From Candidatus Bathyarchaeia archaeon (lineage in GTDB: Archaea > Thermoproteota > Bathyarchaeia > Bathyarchaeales > Bathycorpusculaceae): DNA of 64,000 nucleotides. Position 1 is the first letter of the stretch. Every line of letters starts with the position of its first letter. The translations under genes were made by a program, and so were the position numbers. Below the pieces are notes generated by a model, which did not search any database, was not told the DNA's origin, and worked only from the letters and a program-made list of their open reading frames with translations. This document shows, one piece after another, positions 38,082 to 48,296 of this stretch. The stretch lies in NCBI GenBank assembly GCA_038883775.1, contig JAVZLM010000002.1, positions 1 through 64,000 of the forward strand, read 5' to 3'.

Positions 38082-39274
38082 TAGTATTCAGCTCTCAGAA
38101 CTTCTGCTATGCGCATTCTAATCGCGTTTATTGCTGGAAGTATTCCTCCAAAGCAGCATACAAGAACAATGGCTACGAAAATTTCGATCATGTAAACTGG
38201 TGGAACAACTTCGAAAAGGCTTGGGAAAAACTGTTGAAGTGGTATGTTTGTGTAAAGGCTTGCAAGGACAATGGCGGAAAAAGAGCCTGAGGCTATGCCT
38301 AATATGCCGCCTAAAACTCCAATCAGCATTGCTTCAAAAACCACAACACGAAAAACATAGCTTAGGGGTGCGCCTATGGCGTCTAAAGTTGCAAAATCTC
38401 TTCGCCTTTCCGAGACACTCATAAGGGTTACGGTCATCACAAGTATTAGGCTCATGAAGAAAACTACAGTTTGTATGCCCACATTCCACATCTCAACTTG
38501 AGCAAGAATGGGCTGAATCATATCATTCCTTTCATCTTCCGTTAAAGCATTAATAGACTCCACTTGTCTCTCTATTTCATCTGCCAAATCCTTCTGCGAA
38601 AATCCTTGAACTGGTTTCGCAGTGATTATGTTAATTCTTCCTGGATAATAGATTGTTTGTGCAAGTTTGAGCGGCATTATTATGCTTCGAGTTAGTATGG
38701 CTAATCTTGTGTCTAAAATTCCCGTGACATTCAATTCATAACCGTTTACTTCTATTATTGAACCAACTGTAAAATTGTATTGTTCTGCTAAGGATGGACC
38801 TACAACAACCTCATAACTTGACTCGTTTGTGGGAAGACGCCCTCCTTTTTCTAGTGGGTTTGGTCCCAAGAGCATTTGCCAATCTTCTAATGGTATTCCA
38901 AACGTGAAGTTTGGTGGAACTGGAGTGATTATTCCTTCCAATGTTATGGATGTTATAAACAATATTGGAACAGCCTTCTCTACCTTATCCGTTTCGTTTA
39001 TTGTTTGGAGCAAATTTGGTGGGAGAAAGCCTCTTGTTATTGGAATTGCTTGAATAACTATTGTGTCTTTGCTGACAACCATAACTTGTCCACTGAATAA
39101 GATGTTCATTTCTTTAATTACTGTCGTATAACGCATTGTTGTGGCGCCCACGGCGATTACAAATGTTGTTGCTAATGCCACGCCTAAAATGCATAGTGAC
39201 ATTCGCATTTTTCTTCTGAACAGATTTCGAAAGCAGAATGTTAGCAGCCTCGTTTTCGAACGCTCCCTAACCAT
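38081..39274 (-). CDS. ABC permease, MacB/FtsX type
   Basis: RNL.RRK.R N-terminal TM; periplasmic domain; SVSERRRDFATL.AIGA; three C-terminal TMs. Confidence 0.93.
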   Translation of the reverse strand: MVRERSKTRLLTFCFRNLFRRKMRMSLCILGVALATTFVIAVGATTMRYTTVIKEMNILFSGQVMVVSKDTIVIQAIPITRGFLPPNLLQTINETDKVEKAVPILFITSITLEGIITPVPPNFTFGIPLEDWQMLLGPNPLEKGGRLPTNESSYEVVVGPSLAEQYNFTVGSIIEVNGYELNVTGILDTRLAILTRSIIMPLKLAQTIYYPGRINIITAKPVQGFSQKDLADEIERQVESINALTEDERNDMIQPILAQVEMWNVGIQTVVFFMSLILVMTVTLMSVSERRRDFATLDAIGAPLSYVFRVVVFEAMLIGVLGGILGIASGSFSAIVLASLYTNIPLQQFFPSLFEVVPPVYMIEIFVAIVLVCCFGGILPAINAIRMRIAEVLRAEY

Positions 39275-39349
39275 TCGATAATCTTATAAAATTATATATA
39301 AAACATTCACAATTAAGCAATGATTGATTCTTGTAAAAGGTGAAAATGA

Positions 39350-42300
39350 ATGAGAATGAAAAAGTTTTTAGCGCTATCGACAATAGGATTGATTCTTGCC
39401 GCAACCTTCGCCTCAATACTAATTAGTCCACCAGTAATGGCACAATATGTATCATTAACTAGAATCTTTGACTATGGAGAGGACACTGATGGGGACTCAC
39501 TTTACAATTTTTTGGTTGTTGACGTAGAACTTCAAGTGAATACTGCTGGAACATATAAGGTAAGCATAACTTCACTAAGAGATCAATACTATAATTCGTT
39601 GTATTATCAAGTTGAAAATGAAACGTATCTGGATGTTGGGCCGCATAATGTGAGTTTGTCATTCAATGGAATAGCGATTTACGGAAACAAAATTAACGTG
39701 AGCGTGATTAGTGCTATATCTCTCATTTACCGCGTTGGCAACACCTACATTACAGAACTTTTTCCCGAGAGACCTCTATCCCAAACTTACGAGTATACGT
39801 TATTTGATACTGGAGCGGTTTTGACTGGAACATTTTACGATGAGGGCATAGACACGGATGGCGATGGCTTATTAAATTACCTCCAGATTAGTGCAGAAGT
39901 GAATGCTGCTGACGAAGCAGTGTATCAACTCACTGTTTCAGGACTGCAAAAGGTGTCCGACTCTACCTACGAAACAATATACATCTCAAACTCCACACAA
40001 GATTATCTGCTGTTAGGCGTATGGAATTTGACGGTTTGGCTTTATGGACCAACAATTTACGCTTCCCACGCCACTAACATATCTATTGTCAACTGGATAG
40101 AGCTGTACTTTGTTGAAAACGGCAAACGATCGAAACTTGACTATACGTTTTATCAGTCATTAAGCAGACCATACCGTTATGACGAATTTGAAACACCTGC
40201 ATACTTTACTGGAACAATATTTGATGAAGGCGAAGATGAAGACGCTGATGGAAAATTTGACTATTTGAAAATAAGCGCTCAAGCCAATTTCACAGAGGCA
40301 GGTTTCTATTACTTGGAGGTTTCAGGTCTTCTGGATAGTGCTTTTCAGAAAATCCTTGTATTTGGCAATTTGTACGGTTATTTTGATGTTGGCGTTCAAC
40401 TTGTAAACTTGACCCTTTACGGACCACAAATCTACATGTCAAAACTCAACCCAAGATATATTGGAACACTGATTATAAGCACTTATATAGAAGGTTGGGG
40501 AGACTTGCCCACCGATCGCCTCTCCAATATTCCCTTATCTAAAGAGTATAATTACATGGATTTTGAATCCCACGCTTTCTTGACTGGCAACATTTCTGCC
40601 ATGGGCGTTGACACAGACGGCAATGGATTATTTGATTATTTGGCTGTTGGCGTTGAAATTAACGTTACAGAAGCGGGAATGTACGAGATTCACATCGGAG
40701 ATTTGATGGAAAAAACAGACGGCACATATCGCTATCTGCACTATCCTCAATGGGTGACAGACTATTTTGACGTAGGCGTACAAATAGTCTATTTGAACTA
40801 TTCTGGACCGAGACTTGCACATGAACATTTCAGCCCTACAAACGTTAGTGTTATAGAGCTAAACGAACAAGTGTATCCGTACACACAATTAGGCTATATT
40901 CCATCAGCTCCGCTTCCACAAAAATATGATTATACGCTTTTTGATGCTCCTTTGAATGATATACAATTAAACTTTGTTGTCTATCCGAATGGCACAATTG
41001 GCATGGATGGAACAGTCAACTTTACGCATATGTATCCGGAAAACATGGGACCCCAAATAAACGCTTCGATAGACATTTCAACAGCAGATGATCTAACAAC
41101 GGGTTCAGCTAACGGCAGAGTAGTCTTATCAAGCGGCATGTTCGGTTGGCCATTTAACTCTCTTATGGCGAATTTCTCATCAAAATATGATGAAGGCTTA
41201 GTAAATTCAACTTTCAAGGGCGTTCTGTGTGTTCCGCCAGAGGCAAGAAACACCTATCCAGCAAACGCCACAGACTTCAATTTTGTTAGTCTGTATAAAA
41301 ATGGAATGCTTAATGTGGAATTGTGGGGAAAAACCCAAATACCCTCATATGAAGCGGCAATGTTTCCATTTAACGCCACAGACTTGACAATACTCGCAGG
41401 CTACTTAAATGGTGAACTCTCTGGTAACATCACTTTCCACTTAATAGCTGGGGTTCCAGAGCTTGATGTGGTAGTTCATTTCAGAGGCAACAAAACAGAC
41501 CTCATCTTAACAGACGATGTCAACGTGACATATGGAAACTATTTTGGAATGATAATAAATGCTACAACCCTTGAAGGGTTACTTGCTGAATGGAACAGCA
41601 CAATTCCAGGCCCAACGGGCTTGTTGGCTAACATGACTTGGGGCTTGCTGGAATGCACCAGCCTAAACACAACAAAAACCGAATGGCTAGACGGAAAAGG
41701 TGCAGATGTTCAATACAACGCCACAATTCATGGAAACTTCACATTCTTCTTCGCAAGACTCTTAACACTGACATTTTTCGGAGGACCACACGAAGCGGAA
41801 CAAGCCATTTACGCTGCCTTAGAATCAATGTTTTCCTCAGTTGAAAAGGGCTCTTTGACGCTTTACTACTATAAAGATTATGGGATTGCAGAAATTGACA
41901 AGCTAAAGCTTACTTGCGACATTAAGAAATTATGGAATAAAGCATTAGAACTTGTTCCACCAACGCTTCCGCCAGAGTATAAAGCGCCAGTTGAAGCAAT
42001 ACTTATAACAGCGAACGCCACAGCATACGCCATTCAAGAAGCCAGTCTCAACGCAACCTATTCAAGCATAGAAAAAAGGCTGTATTTTGATGCTTATCTC
42101 TTGTCAAACGCAACCCAACTGGAAGAAGAATTAAAAACAATATTACCAGAAACCGTTCCACCAGAACTACTCCCAATATTTGAATCCTATCTCAGCGTCA
42201 CCTACTGTAATTTGACCTATTATGAAACAACAGTTAGATACATTAACGGAACTGCCGACTTCCAAATGAACTGGACCCTTGAAGGCGATTTCAAAGCCCA

Positions 42301-43216
42301 ACTAAACCATGTGAAACGCTTCTACATAGACTATTACAACGCAACAGAACCATCGATGATAGGCTGGCAACTTCGCATGCTCAACATGACAGAAATAGAC
42401 CTCGACAACTTTAACGCAGAGGTCAAAATGGGCAGAGACCAGTTTTACTTAGCCTTCAGCGGAGTTTTCGTGAAACCGCCAATGGATGAGATAGACTTCA
42501 TAAGATTCAAACTTTACAATTGGCTTGACATGACAACAGCCCCAGACGCACCGCCAAGAGAATTTGAAAAGCTAAAAATAACATTCAGCGGCGGTTTCAA
42601 TGGCACCCATACAATTCTGTTATATGTTCCAGGCACGGTACCCGCTCCAGACATGACGTCGTTAGATTATAAGAGTATGACATGGCAAAATGTCACTCTA
42701 AGCAGTTTGAAAGATATGCGGTTCCACATAGCCTACCAAGGAGTTATAGACTATCTTGCCAAAACCTATTACGTTCCAATATTCACAAACTCAACGGTGA
42801 ACAACTTTGCCTTTGACCCAGCAGCAAAAAGCATAAGCTTCAACGTAACTGGAACTAGTGGCACTGGCTTTTGTAACATAACAATTCCAAAGGCTCTTCT
42901 AAATGCTGCCCTAAATGATTGGGTTGTAAGAATTGATGGAGTAATCTTGTCTTCAGAGAGCTTTACTGTAACCGAAAACGCTGAGTATACCTTCATATAC
43001 TTGAATTATACGCATTCGGAGCACAGAATAGAAATAGTTGGCACATGGGTTATCACCGAATTCCCGCCGAACATGCTTACAATAATATTGATGATGATAA
43101 GCCTAATAGCCGCAATAATCGCAGTTAAACAAAGAAAGAAACTAAACGCATTAAAAACGAAATATCAAAGCACAATCAACGCATTCACAAATAGACTTCA
43201 TCAATTAAGAATCTAA
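39350..43216 (+). CDS. Large cell-surface glycoprotein with four DxDxDG repeats and a PEF-CTERM-like anchor
   Basis: Signal peptide; four repeats of about 125 aa; many sequons; ITEFP + TM + basic tail. Confidence 0.85.
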   Translation: MRMKKFLALSTIGLILAATFASILISPPVMAQYVSLTRIFDYGEDTDGDSLYNFLVVDVELQVNTAGTYKVSITSLRDQYYNSLYYQVENETYLDVGPHNVSLSFNGIAIYGNKINVSVISAISLIYRVGNTYITELFPERPLSQTYEYTLFDTGAVLTGTFYDEGIDTDGDGLLNYLQISAEVNAADEAVYQLTVSGLQKVSDSTYETIYISNSTQDYLLLGVWNLTVWLYGPTIYASHATNISIVNWIELYFVENGKRSKLDYTFYQSLSRPYRYDEFETPAYFTGTIFDEGEDEDADGKFDYLKISAQANFTEAGFYYLEVSGLLDSAFQKILVFGNLYGYFDVGVQLVNLTLYGPQIYMSKLNPRYIGTLIISTYIEGWGDLPTDRLSNIPLSKEYNYMDFESHAFLTGNISAMGVDTDGNGLFDYLAVGVEINVTEAGMYEIHIGDLMEKTDGTYRYLHYPQWVTDYFDVGVQIVYLNYSGPRLAHEHFSPTNVSVIELNEQVYPYTQLGYIPSAPLPQKYDYTLFDAPLNDIQLNFVVYPNGTIGMDGTVNFTHMYPENMGPQINASIDISTADDLTTGSANGRVVLSSGMFGWPFNSLMANFSSKYDEGLVNSTFKGVLCVPPEARNTYPANATDFNFVSLYKNGMLNVELWGKTQIPSYEAAMFPFNATDLTILAGYLNGELSGNITFHLIAGVPELDVVVHFRGNKTDLILTDDVNVTYGNYFGMIINATTLEGLLAEWNSTIPGPTGLLANMTWGLLECTSLNTTKTEWLDGKGADVQYNATIHGNFTFFFARLLTLTFFGGPHEAEQAIYAALESMFSSVEKGSLTLYYYKDYGIAEIDKLKLTCDIKKLWNKALELVPPTLPPEYKAPVEAILITANATAYAIQEASLNATYSSIEKRLYFDAYLLSNATQLEEELKTILPETVPPELLPIFESYLSVTYCNLTYYETTVRYINGTADFQMNWTLEGDFKAQLNHVKRFYIDYYNATEPSMIGWQLRMLNMTEIDLDNFNAEVKMGRDQFYLAFSGVFVKPPMDEIDFIRFKLYNWLDMTTAPDAPPREFEKLKITFSGGFNGTHTILLYVPGTVPAPDMTSLDYKSMTWQNVTLSSLKDMRFHIAYQGVIDYLAKTYYVPIFTNSTVNNFAFDPAAKSISFNVTGTSGTGFCNITIPKALLNAALNDWVVRIDGVILSSESFTVTENAEYTFIYLNYTHSEHRIEIVGTWVITEFPPNMLTIILMMISLIAAIIAVKQRKKLNALKTKYQSTINAFTNRLHQLRI

Positions 43217-43280
43217 TTCTCCCTTTTTCTTCAAAAGTTATATCTTTAATCCGCTATAAAATATTAGGGATGTTAAAGCC

Positions 43281-43802
43281 TTGTTCGAGAAAATTCTTGT
43301 TCCATTAGACGGTTCTGAACATTCACTAAAAGCCCTAGAAATTGCCATACAAATTGCCAAAAAGTTTAGTGGAAAGATAACCCTAATTCACGTTTACTCT
43401 GTCGCTGTTAGACCAATAATAGTTCCTGAACCAGCCACTCTAACTCCTTCGGGCTTTCCAGTGATGACTTCAACAGAAGTTTCTCGGATAGCGGAAGCCG
43501 CCCGCAAAAGTGGAAGCAGCATTTTGGCTGATGGTGAGCAAAGGGTTAAGGCTGAAGGTGTTGAAGTTGAAACTTTGCTTAAGGAAGGACATACGGTGCA
43601 AGAGATTGTTAAAACGGCGAGGGAAGGCAATTTCGATTTAATAGTTATTGGCGCTAGGGGCATAAGCAAGATAAGAGAATTGCTTTTAGGAAGCGTGAGC
43701 GACGGAGTAATTCATCACGCCACATGCCCAGTTTTAGTTGTTAAATTGGCTCAGCAATCAGAAGATTGTGCTTGTTCGCCACAATCCTCGCCTTCAATTT
43801 AG
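43281..43802 (+). CDS. Universal stress protein
   Basis: ILVPLDGSEHS, DLIVIGARG, LLGSVS, CPVLVVK. Confidence 0.95.
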   Translation: MFEKILVPLDGSEHSLKALEIAIQIAKKFSGKITLIHVYSVAVRPIIVPEPATLTPSGFPVMTSTEVSRIAEAARKSGSSILADGEQRVKAEGVEVETLLKEGHTVQEIVKTAREGNFDLIVIGARGISKIRELLLGSVSDGVIHHATCPVLVVKLAQQSEDCACSPQSSPSI

Positions 43803-44754
43803 CCCCAACAGGAATCTCTTCAGCATTAATTAGAGTTAAGCTTCTATCGCTTCTCTCCGTAACTGCTAACTTCTCCCTTTTAAGCCAGCCTGGTCCAACA
43901 ACTCTAACTTTTACTGTTTCATGTTTTTTGTAGGGAATTGGAAGCATAGCCCTTTTATGGATTCCAAAATCTTTAGGATTCAAAACAAGTTTAACCTTAA
44001 ACTGTTTTTCCCAAATCCTTAGTTGGTCATAAAAATTTTTCCATGAAAGGGGTTTGGTTCCCTTAACTTTTCTTCCATGTTTGTGGATTTCGTATTTCTG
44101 AATTCCTAATAGAGGAAAACGGAAACTTGTTTTGCACAAGTCCTTTGTTAAACTTATTATTTTCGGAATTTCCCCATCATTTATTCCGGGAACCCAAACT
44201 GGAGCGACTAGCAAGTGAATTTTAGTGTTTGAAACTATGTGCTGCATTAGCTCAACAATTTTTTCCACGTCATACCATTCTGTGTTAGCCAATTTTCTAG
44301 CCAAAGTTGAATCTAAAGCGTCTAGGGAGAGGTTTATGCGTTTTAAACCAGCCTCTGAAAGGGCATCTAAAAGCTTAGTGTTCAATGTGGAGCCGTGTGT
44401 TTGCATGGATATGGTTTCTACACCTTCTATTTGGCTTAACGATGAAACAAGCTCTACAATTTTTGGATATGTGATTGGGTCGCCCACGGTGTCTATGTGG
44501 GCTTCGATGTGGCGTCTCCCTTTAAAAATAACGATTTTCTTAAACTCCTCAACTAGATAGTCGTTGGATACTATATATTCTGTTTGGCGTATTTTTGATT
44601 TTGGACCCGCGTTTGTGGAGCAGAATATGCATGAAAGGGGACAAGTAGAAATTGGACGCACTTGAATTATGTTTGTTCCCCTATCGATTAGTCCAAAGGC
44701 TATACAGCCAACCAACGGGATGGAATCTGAAACCTCAAACAACTTCTTTTCCAT
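43741..44754 (-). CDS. Radical SAM protein with C-terminal TRAM-like domain (COG2100-like)
   Basis: GLIDRGTN, CPLSCIFC. Confidence 0.9.
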   Translation of the reverse strand: MEKKLFEVSDSIPLVGCIAFGLIDRGTNIIQVRPISTCPLSCIFCSTNAGPKSKIRQTEYIVSNDYLVEEFKKIVIFKGRRHIEAHIDTVGDPITYPKIVELVSSLSQIEGVETISMQTHGSTLNTKLLDALSEAGLKRINLSLDALDSTLARKLANTEWYDVEKIVELMQHIVSNTKIHLLVAPVWVPGINDGEIPKIISLTKDLCKTSFRFPLLGIQKYEIHKHGRKVKGTKPLSWKNFYDQLRIWEKQFKVKLVLNPKDFGIHKRAMLPIPYKKHETVKVRVVGPGWLKREKLAVTERSDRSLTLINAEEIPVGAKLKARIVANKHNLLIAEPI

Positions 44755-44855
44755 TATGGGCTATATTCTCCGAAAGGTTTATCTTAAACTTTTAAGGCAA
44801 AATTTTGCTGCAAAATGGAGGCAAGCCGACTAAATAATGTTCGCATATAGTTTGA

Positions 44856-45443
44856 ATGGTGTATACGCTTTGCCCATGGGAGGGAGCGTGTATGCTAAAA
44901 TCTTCAGTGCTGCTCCTAATCGCCTTAAGCACTCTAAACTCTTTAGGAGTCGGCTTGCTAGGTCCAATTTATCCAATATTTGTTGTTAACCGTTTTTCAG
45001 CTTCTTTTGTTGACATAGGCTTGTTATATGCTGTTTTTTGTTTGGTTGCAGCAGTTTTTAAGACTCCTGCCGGAAAGCTTGTGGATGTGTATGGAGAGGA
45101 AAGAGTTTTCTTTATTGGCGTTATGGTTGGTGCTGCTTGTTCCTTAGCTTATATTGTTGCGTCTAATTTGATGCAACTTTATATTATCGAATTTTTCTTT
45201 GGAATATCCTATGCCCTTCAACGCCCATCCCTTCTCACTTTAGTTAGCAACCTTGGCGGTAAAGAAAGAAAAGGCTTGTTTTTGGGCGTTTTTGAATCCT
45301 TTTATGATGTTGCTGAAGCTATTGCTGCAGTATTATCCACACTAATAGCGAGCAAAATTGGATTTGAACCACTATTTCTATTATGCTCTGGGTTCCAAGC
45401 CACCACAGGATTTTTTGTTTTGAAAATTTGGAAATATGCTTAA
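44856..45443 (+). CDS. Half-size (6 TM) MFS-like protein (start likely 44892)
   Basis: Motif A-like GKLVDVYGEE; six hydrophobic helices. Confidence 0.75.
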   Translation: MVYTLCPWEGACMLKSSVLLLIALSTLNSLGVGLLGPIYPIFVVNRFSASFVDIGLLYAVFCLVAAVFKTPAGKLVDVYGEERVFFIGVMVGAACSLAYIVASNLMQLYIIEFFFGISYALQRPSLLTLVSNLGGKERKGLFLGVFESFYDVAEAIAAVLSTLIASKIGFEPLFLLCSGFQATTGFFVLKIWKYA

Positions 45444-45544
45444 AACATAAAATTGAGCGTAATTAACCGAAAGTTTGGATCTGTTGGCGGATGGAAAAAC
45501 TTTTCTTTAATTAGAGGTAATTATGTTTGGTGTGAAAATTTAAA

Positions 45545-46570
45545 ATGGAGAGGAAGGATTTTCTTCTGGAACCAGTGAAGCATATAAAAATCGATGGAAA
45601 AATGACTGTGGACGAATTAATTCAGCAGTTTAAAAATTCTGGTTCTTTCGGGGCTGGAAGACTTGCAACGGCATGCGACATATACGAGCGGATGCTTCAA
45701 GACAAAGATTGCACAGTTTTCTTAGCGTTGGCTGGCGCTCTTGTTCCCGCTGGAATGCGCTCCATAATTGCTGATCTAATTCGAAAAAGACTTGTTGACG
45801 TAATTGTAAGCACTGGAGCTAATATGGTTCACGATGCAATAGAAGCTATGGGTGGACATCATTACAAGGGGCACTGGAACGTGAACGATGAGCTGCTTTA
45901 CAAATATCACATATACCGCATATACGATGTCTTTGTGCCAGAAGAGGATTTCACAAGAACAGATTACAGACTTGCAGAGATGTTTGAGGAAATAGCGGCT
46001 GAAAATTTTGGGAAAGCTCTTTCTTCAAGGGATTTTGCATGGGAGTTGGGAAAAAGGCTTAGCGATCCAAACTCTATTTTAAGGGCTGCCTATGAGGCGA
46101 AGGTGCCAATTTTTCTTCCAGCGGTTCGAGATTCAGAGTTTGGTTATATGCATTGGCTTCATGCTTCAAAGGAGAAACGTCGAAACACGCTTTTGGTGGA
46201 CGCCTTCAAAGATGTGCCACAAATAACTGAAATCTGTATGCGCTCGCCCAGAAATGGCATGATAGTCCTTGGTGGAGGAGCACCCAGAAACACTGTTCAA
46301 TCCGCTGCCCTTGCATCAAAAAAGGGCATGGACTACGCCATAATAATAACCATGGACCGCCCAGAAACAGGTGGACTGTCAGGCTCAACTCTAGAAGAAA
46401 CAGTAAGCTGGGGAAAAGTGAAAAGCAAAGCCAACAAGGTTATGGTTATAGGCGACGCCGTGACCCTTTTCCCAATAATCGTCGCCTCCGTGATGGAAAG
46501 GCTAGGCGAGGATTTTAAGCGGACACCATCCCAAAGCATAGGGGCACTTATGACATTGGAGGTGCACTAA
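45545..46570 (+). CDS. dys: Deoxyhypusine synthase
   Basis: STGAN..HD, RIYDV, GGG.P, GGLSGS...VSWGK with catalytic Lys. Confidence 0.93.
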   Translation: MERKDFLLEPVKHIKIDGKMTVDELIQQFKNSGSFGAGRLATACDIYERMLQDKDCTVFLALAGALVPAGMRSIIADLIRKRLVDVIVSTGANMVHDAIEAMGGHHYKGHWNVNDELLYKYHIYRIYDVFVPEEDFTRTDYRLAEMFEEIAAENFGKALSSRDFAWELGKRLSDPNSILRAAYEAKVPIFLPAVRDSEFGYMHWLHASKEKRRNTLLVDAFKDVPQITEICMRSPRNGMIVLGGGAPRNTVQSAALASKKGMDYAIIITMDRPETGGLSGSTLEETVSWGKVKSKANKVMVIGDAVTLFPIIVASVMERLGEDFKRTPSQSIGALMTLEVH

Positions 46571-46771
46571 ATGAAAGTGAAACAGAAGTTTTGCGGAAAC
46601 TGCGGCAACCACAACGCTTATGAATATCCAGAAAAAATCTTCTGCTCAAAACGCTACTCAAAAAACGAAGATCCAATAGTGGAAACCTTATGGTGCTGCC
46701 CAGAATGGAACCCAAGCAGCCAAGAATGTTACTGCGTAGAAGAAGCCCTAAACAGGCGAAACAAAAAATAA
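46571..46771 (+). CDS. Small Cys-rich protein
   Basis: CGNC..H, C, WCC, CYC; GGAGGTG RBS; directly follows dys. Confidence 0.75.
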   Translation: MKVKQKFCGNCGNHNAYEYPEKIFCSKRYSKNEDPIVETLWCCPEWNPSSQECYCVEEALNRRNKK

Positions 46772-46833
46772 CCTCCCACCTTTCTTTAATTTGACACTAA
46801 AGTTATTACGTAGATTTCAAAATTTTATAGCAT

Positions 46834-46909
46834 AGCCCGGTGGTGTAGCGGTCAAGCATGGAGGCCTCTGGAGCCTCTGACGAGAGTTCGAATCTCTCCC
46901 GGGCTACCA
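46834..46909 (+). tRNA. tRNA-Gln(CTG), CCA encoded
   Basis: AGCCCGG/CCGGGCT-ACCA; GAGGC-CTCTGGA-GCCTC; TTCGAAT. Confidence 0.97.
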
Positions 46910-47202
46910 TTTCTAGGTGCGAGCTTGGATTTTTCTGGTTTTGTTTTGGGTTTAGTTTTTATACACTGTTGGTGGAGTGTGCGAAAATGGAATGTTTTCT
47001 CTTGTTATTTTCCTAACCCTACCCCTCTCTAGATTTTCAATAAAGGGTTTAGCCTTGCATTATTTGTTTGGTTAGGTTGGTAGAGATAATCTACTATTTG
47101 GTTGATTTTCTGTTTCGTTGAAGCCTAAAACTTTGAATTGCCTTATCTAACAATGACCACATTTAAATTTACACTTTCACTAATTATCGTTGAGGAACTC
47201 CC

Positions 47203-47772
47203 TTGCCAGAATTCATCCTATACTCCCGTTTGGGTAGAACAGATGCAAATTGGACAAGTTTGCATGATGCTGGACGCCTAGACATAGTTTACGAATGCGC
47301 CGTCGCCAGCCTCTTCCTTAGCCACGCCATACGAAAAAACGTCTTATTCCACGCCATCCTTAATGGTCCGCCAAACCCGCCACAGCACCTAAAAATTGAC
47401 GGTGCAACCCTCCACGATGTCCGCACAGACCAGGAAACATGGAGGCAAATCCTAAAAAAAGTGTTATCTGGCAAAGAGCATCCGGGCATAAGCCTATCTA
47501 AAAAAAGCTTCGAAGCCCTAATAAGGGCTAAGGCTGAAGCATCAAAAATTTACGTTTTAGAAGAAGGCGGAAAGGATATATTGGAAACAGAAATCGGCGC
47601 AAACCCAATTTTTGTTTTAGGCGACCATGTGGGTTTACCAAAAAAGGTTGAAGCCTTCGCTTTGCGTTATGGCGAAAAGGTTTCTCTTGGCAAAAAGCCC
47701 TATTTGGCAGCATCATGCATAACCATCCTAAACTATCTATTGGACAGACAACAAATCCATATTGAGACATAG
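47203..47772 (+). CDS. trmY: tRNA pseudouridine(54)-N1-methyltransferase (SPOUT)
   Basis: GRLD, LFLSHAIR, GPP.PP, FVLGDH.G, SLG...YLA. Confidence 0.9.
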   Translation: MPEFILYSRLGRTDANWTSLHDAGRLDIVYECAVASLFLSHAIRKNVLFHAILNGPPNPPQHLKIDGATLHDVRTDQETWRQILKKVLSGKEHPGISLSKKSFEALIRAKAEASKIYVLEEGGKDILETEIGANPIFVLGDHVGLPKKVEAFALRYGEKVSLGKKPYLAASCITILNYLLDRQQIHIET

Positions 47773-47811
47773 CAATCCTTTAATTTGGCATGTGCCATTT
47801 CCTATTAAGTT

Positions 47812-48117
47812 GTGGTTGAAATGGCAGAACGCAAACAAAAACATGAAACCCAAAATTATATTGAAATGGAAGCTGAAGAATCTGGTTTTGTTTTGGAACC
47901 AACACAAGTTGAAGTTGGTTCGGGCTATACTGTTTCCGTAAGTTATGACGAAAATGAAAAACCCATAATAGACGTGAAAACTTATGGCGAAGTAAACATA
48001 ACAAAACTTCGAAGAGAAATCGAACGCATATTCCCAAACGCAAAAATTCGGCAACTAACCCAAACATCCACAGTAACACTTGTTAAGAAACGCAAAAGAA
48101 AAAGAAATAAGCCATAA
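47812..48117 (+). CDS. Hypothetical protein with acidic N-terminal half and basic tail
   Basis: ORF fills the gap; IDVKTYG; KKRKRKRNK tail. Confidence 0.65.
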   Translation: MVEMAERKQKHETQNYIEMEAEESGFVLEPTQVEVGSGYTVSVSYDENEKPIIDVKTYGEVNITKLRREIERIFPNAKIRQLTQTSTVTLVKKRKRKRNKP

Positions 48118-48296
48118 AGCAATTTTTCGCCCAAAATTCTGAATCCCGAACCGAGATTGAAAAAACAAAAAGAACTTTCAAATATAATTTTCGCTCCCAA
48201 AACAACAAAAACAACATGCAAATCTTAGACTAAAAGACACGATTAGTTTTTAAGCGTCTTCTATGCATTACTGGAAATCTAACAAAAACTTACAGC

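Noticed and set aside
43741-43802. 62-bp convergent overlap of the USP and radical SAM genes
   Set aside because: The USP domain ends at VLVVK; the tail is probably neutral read-through, and short convergent overlaps are common in this window
46910-47200. Gap after tRNA-Gln as an integrated element or replication origin
   Set aside because: No att repeat, integrase trace or repeated ORB motif, and no cdc6/orc1 nearby
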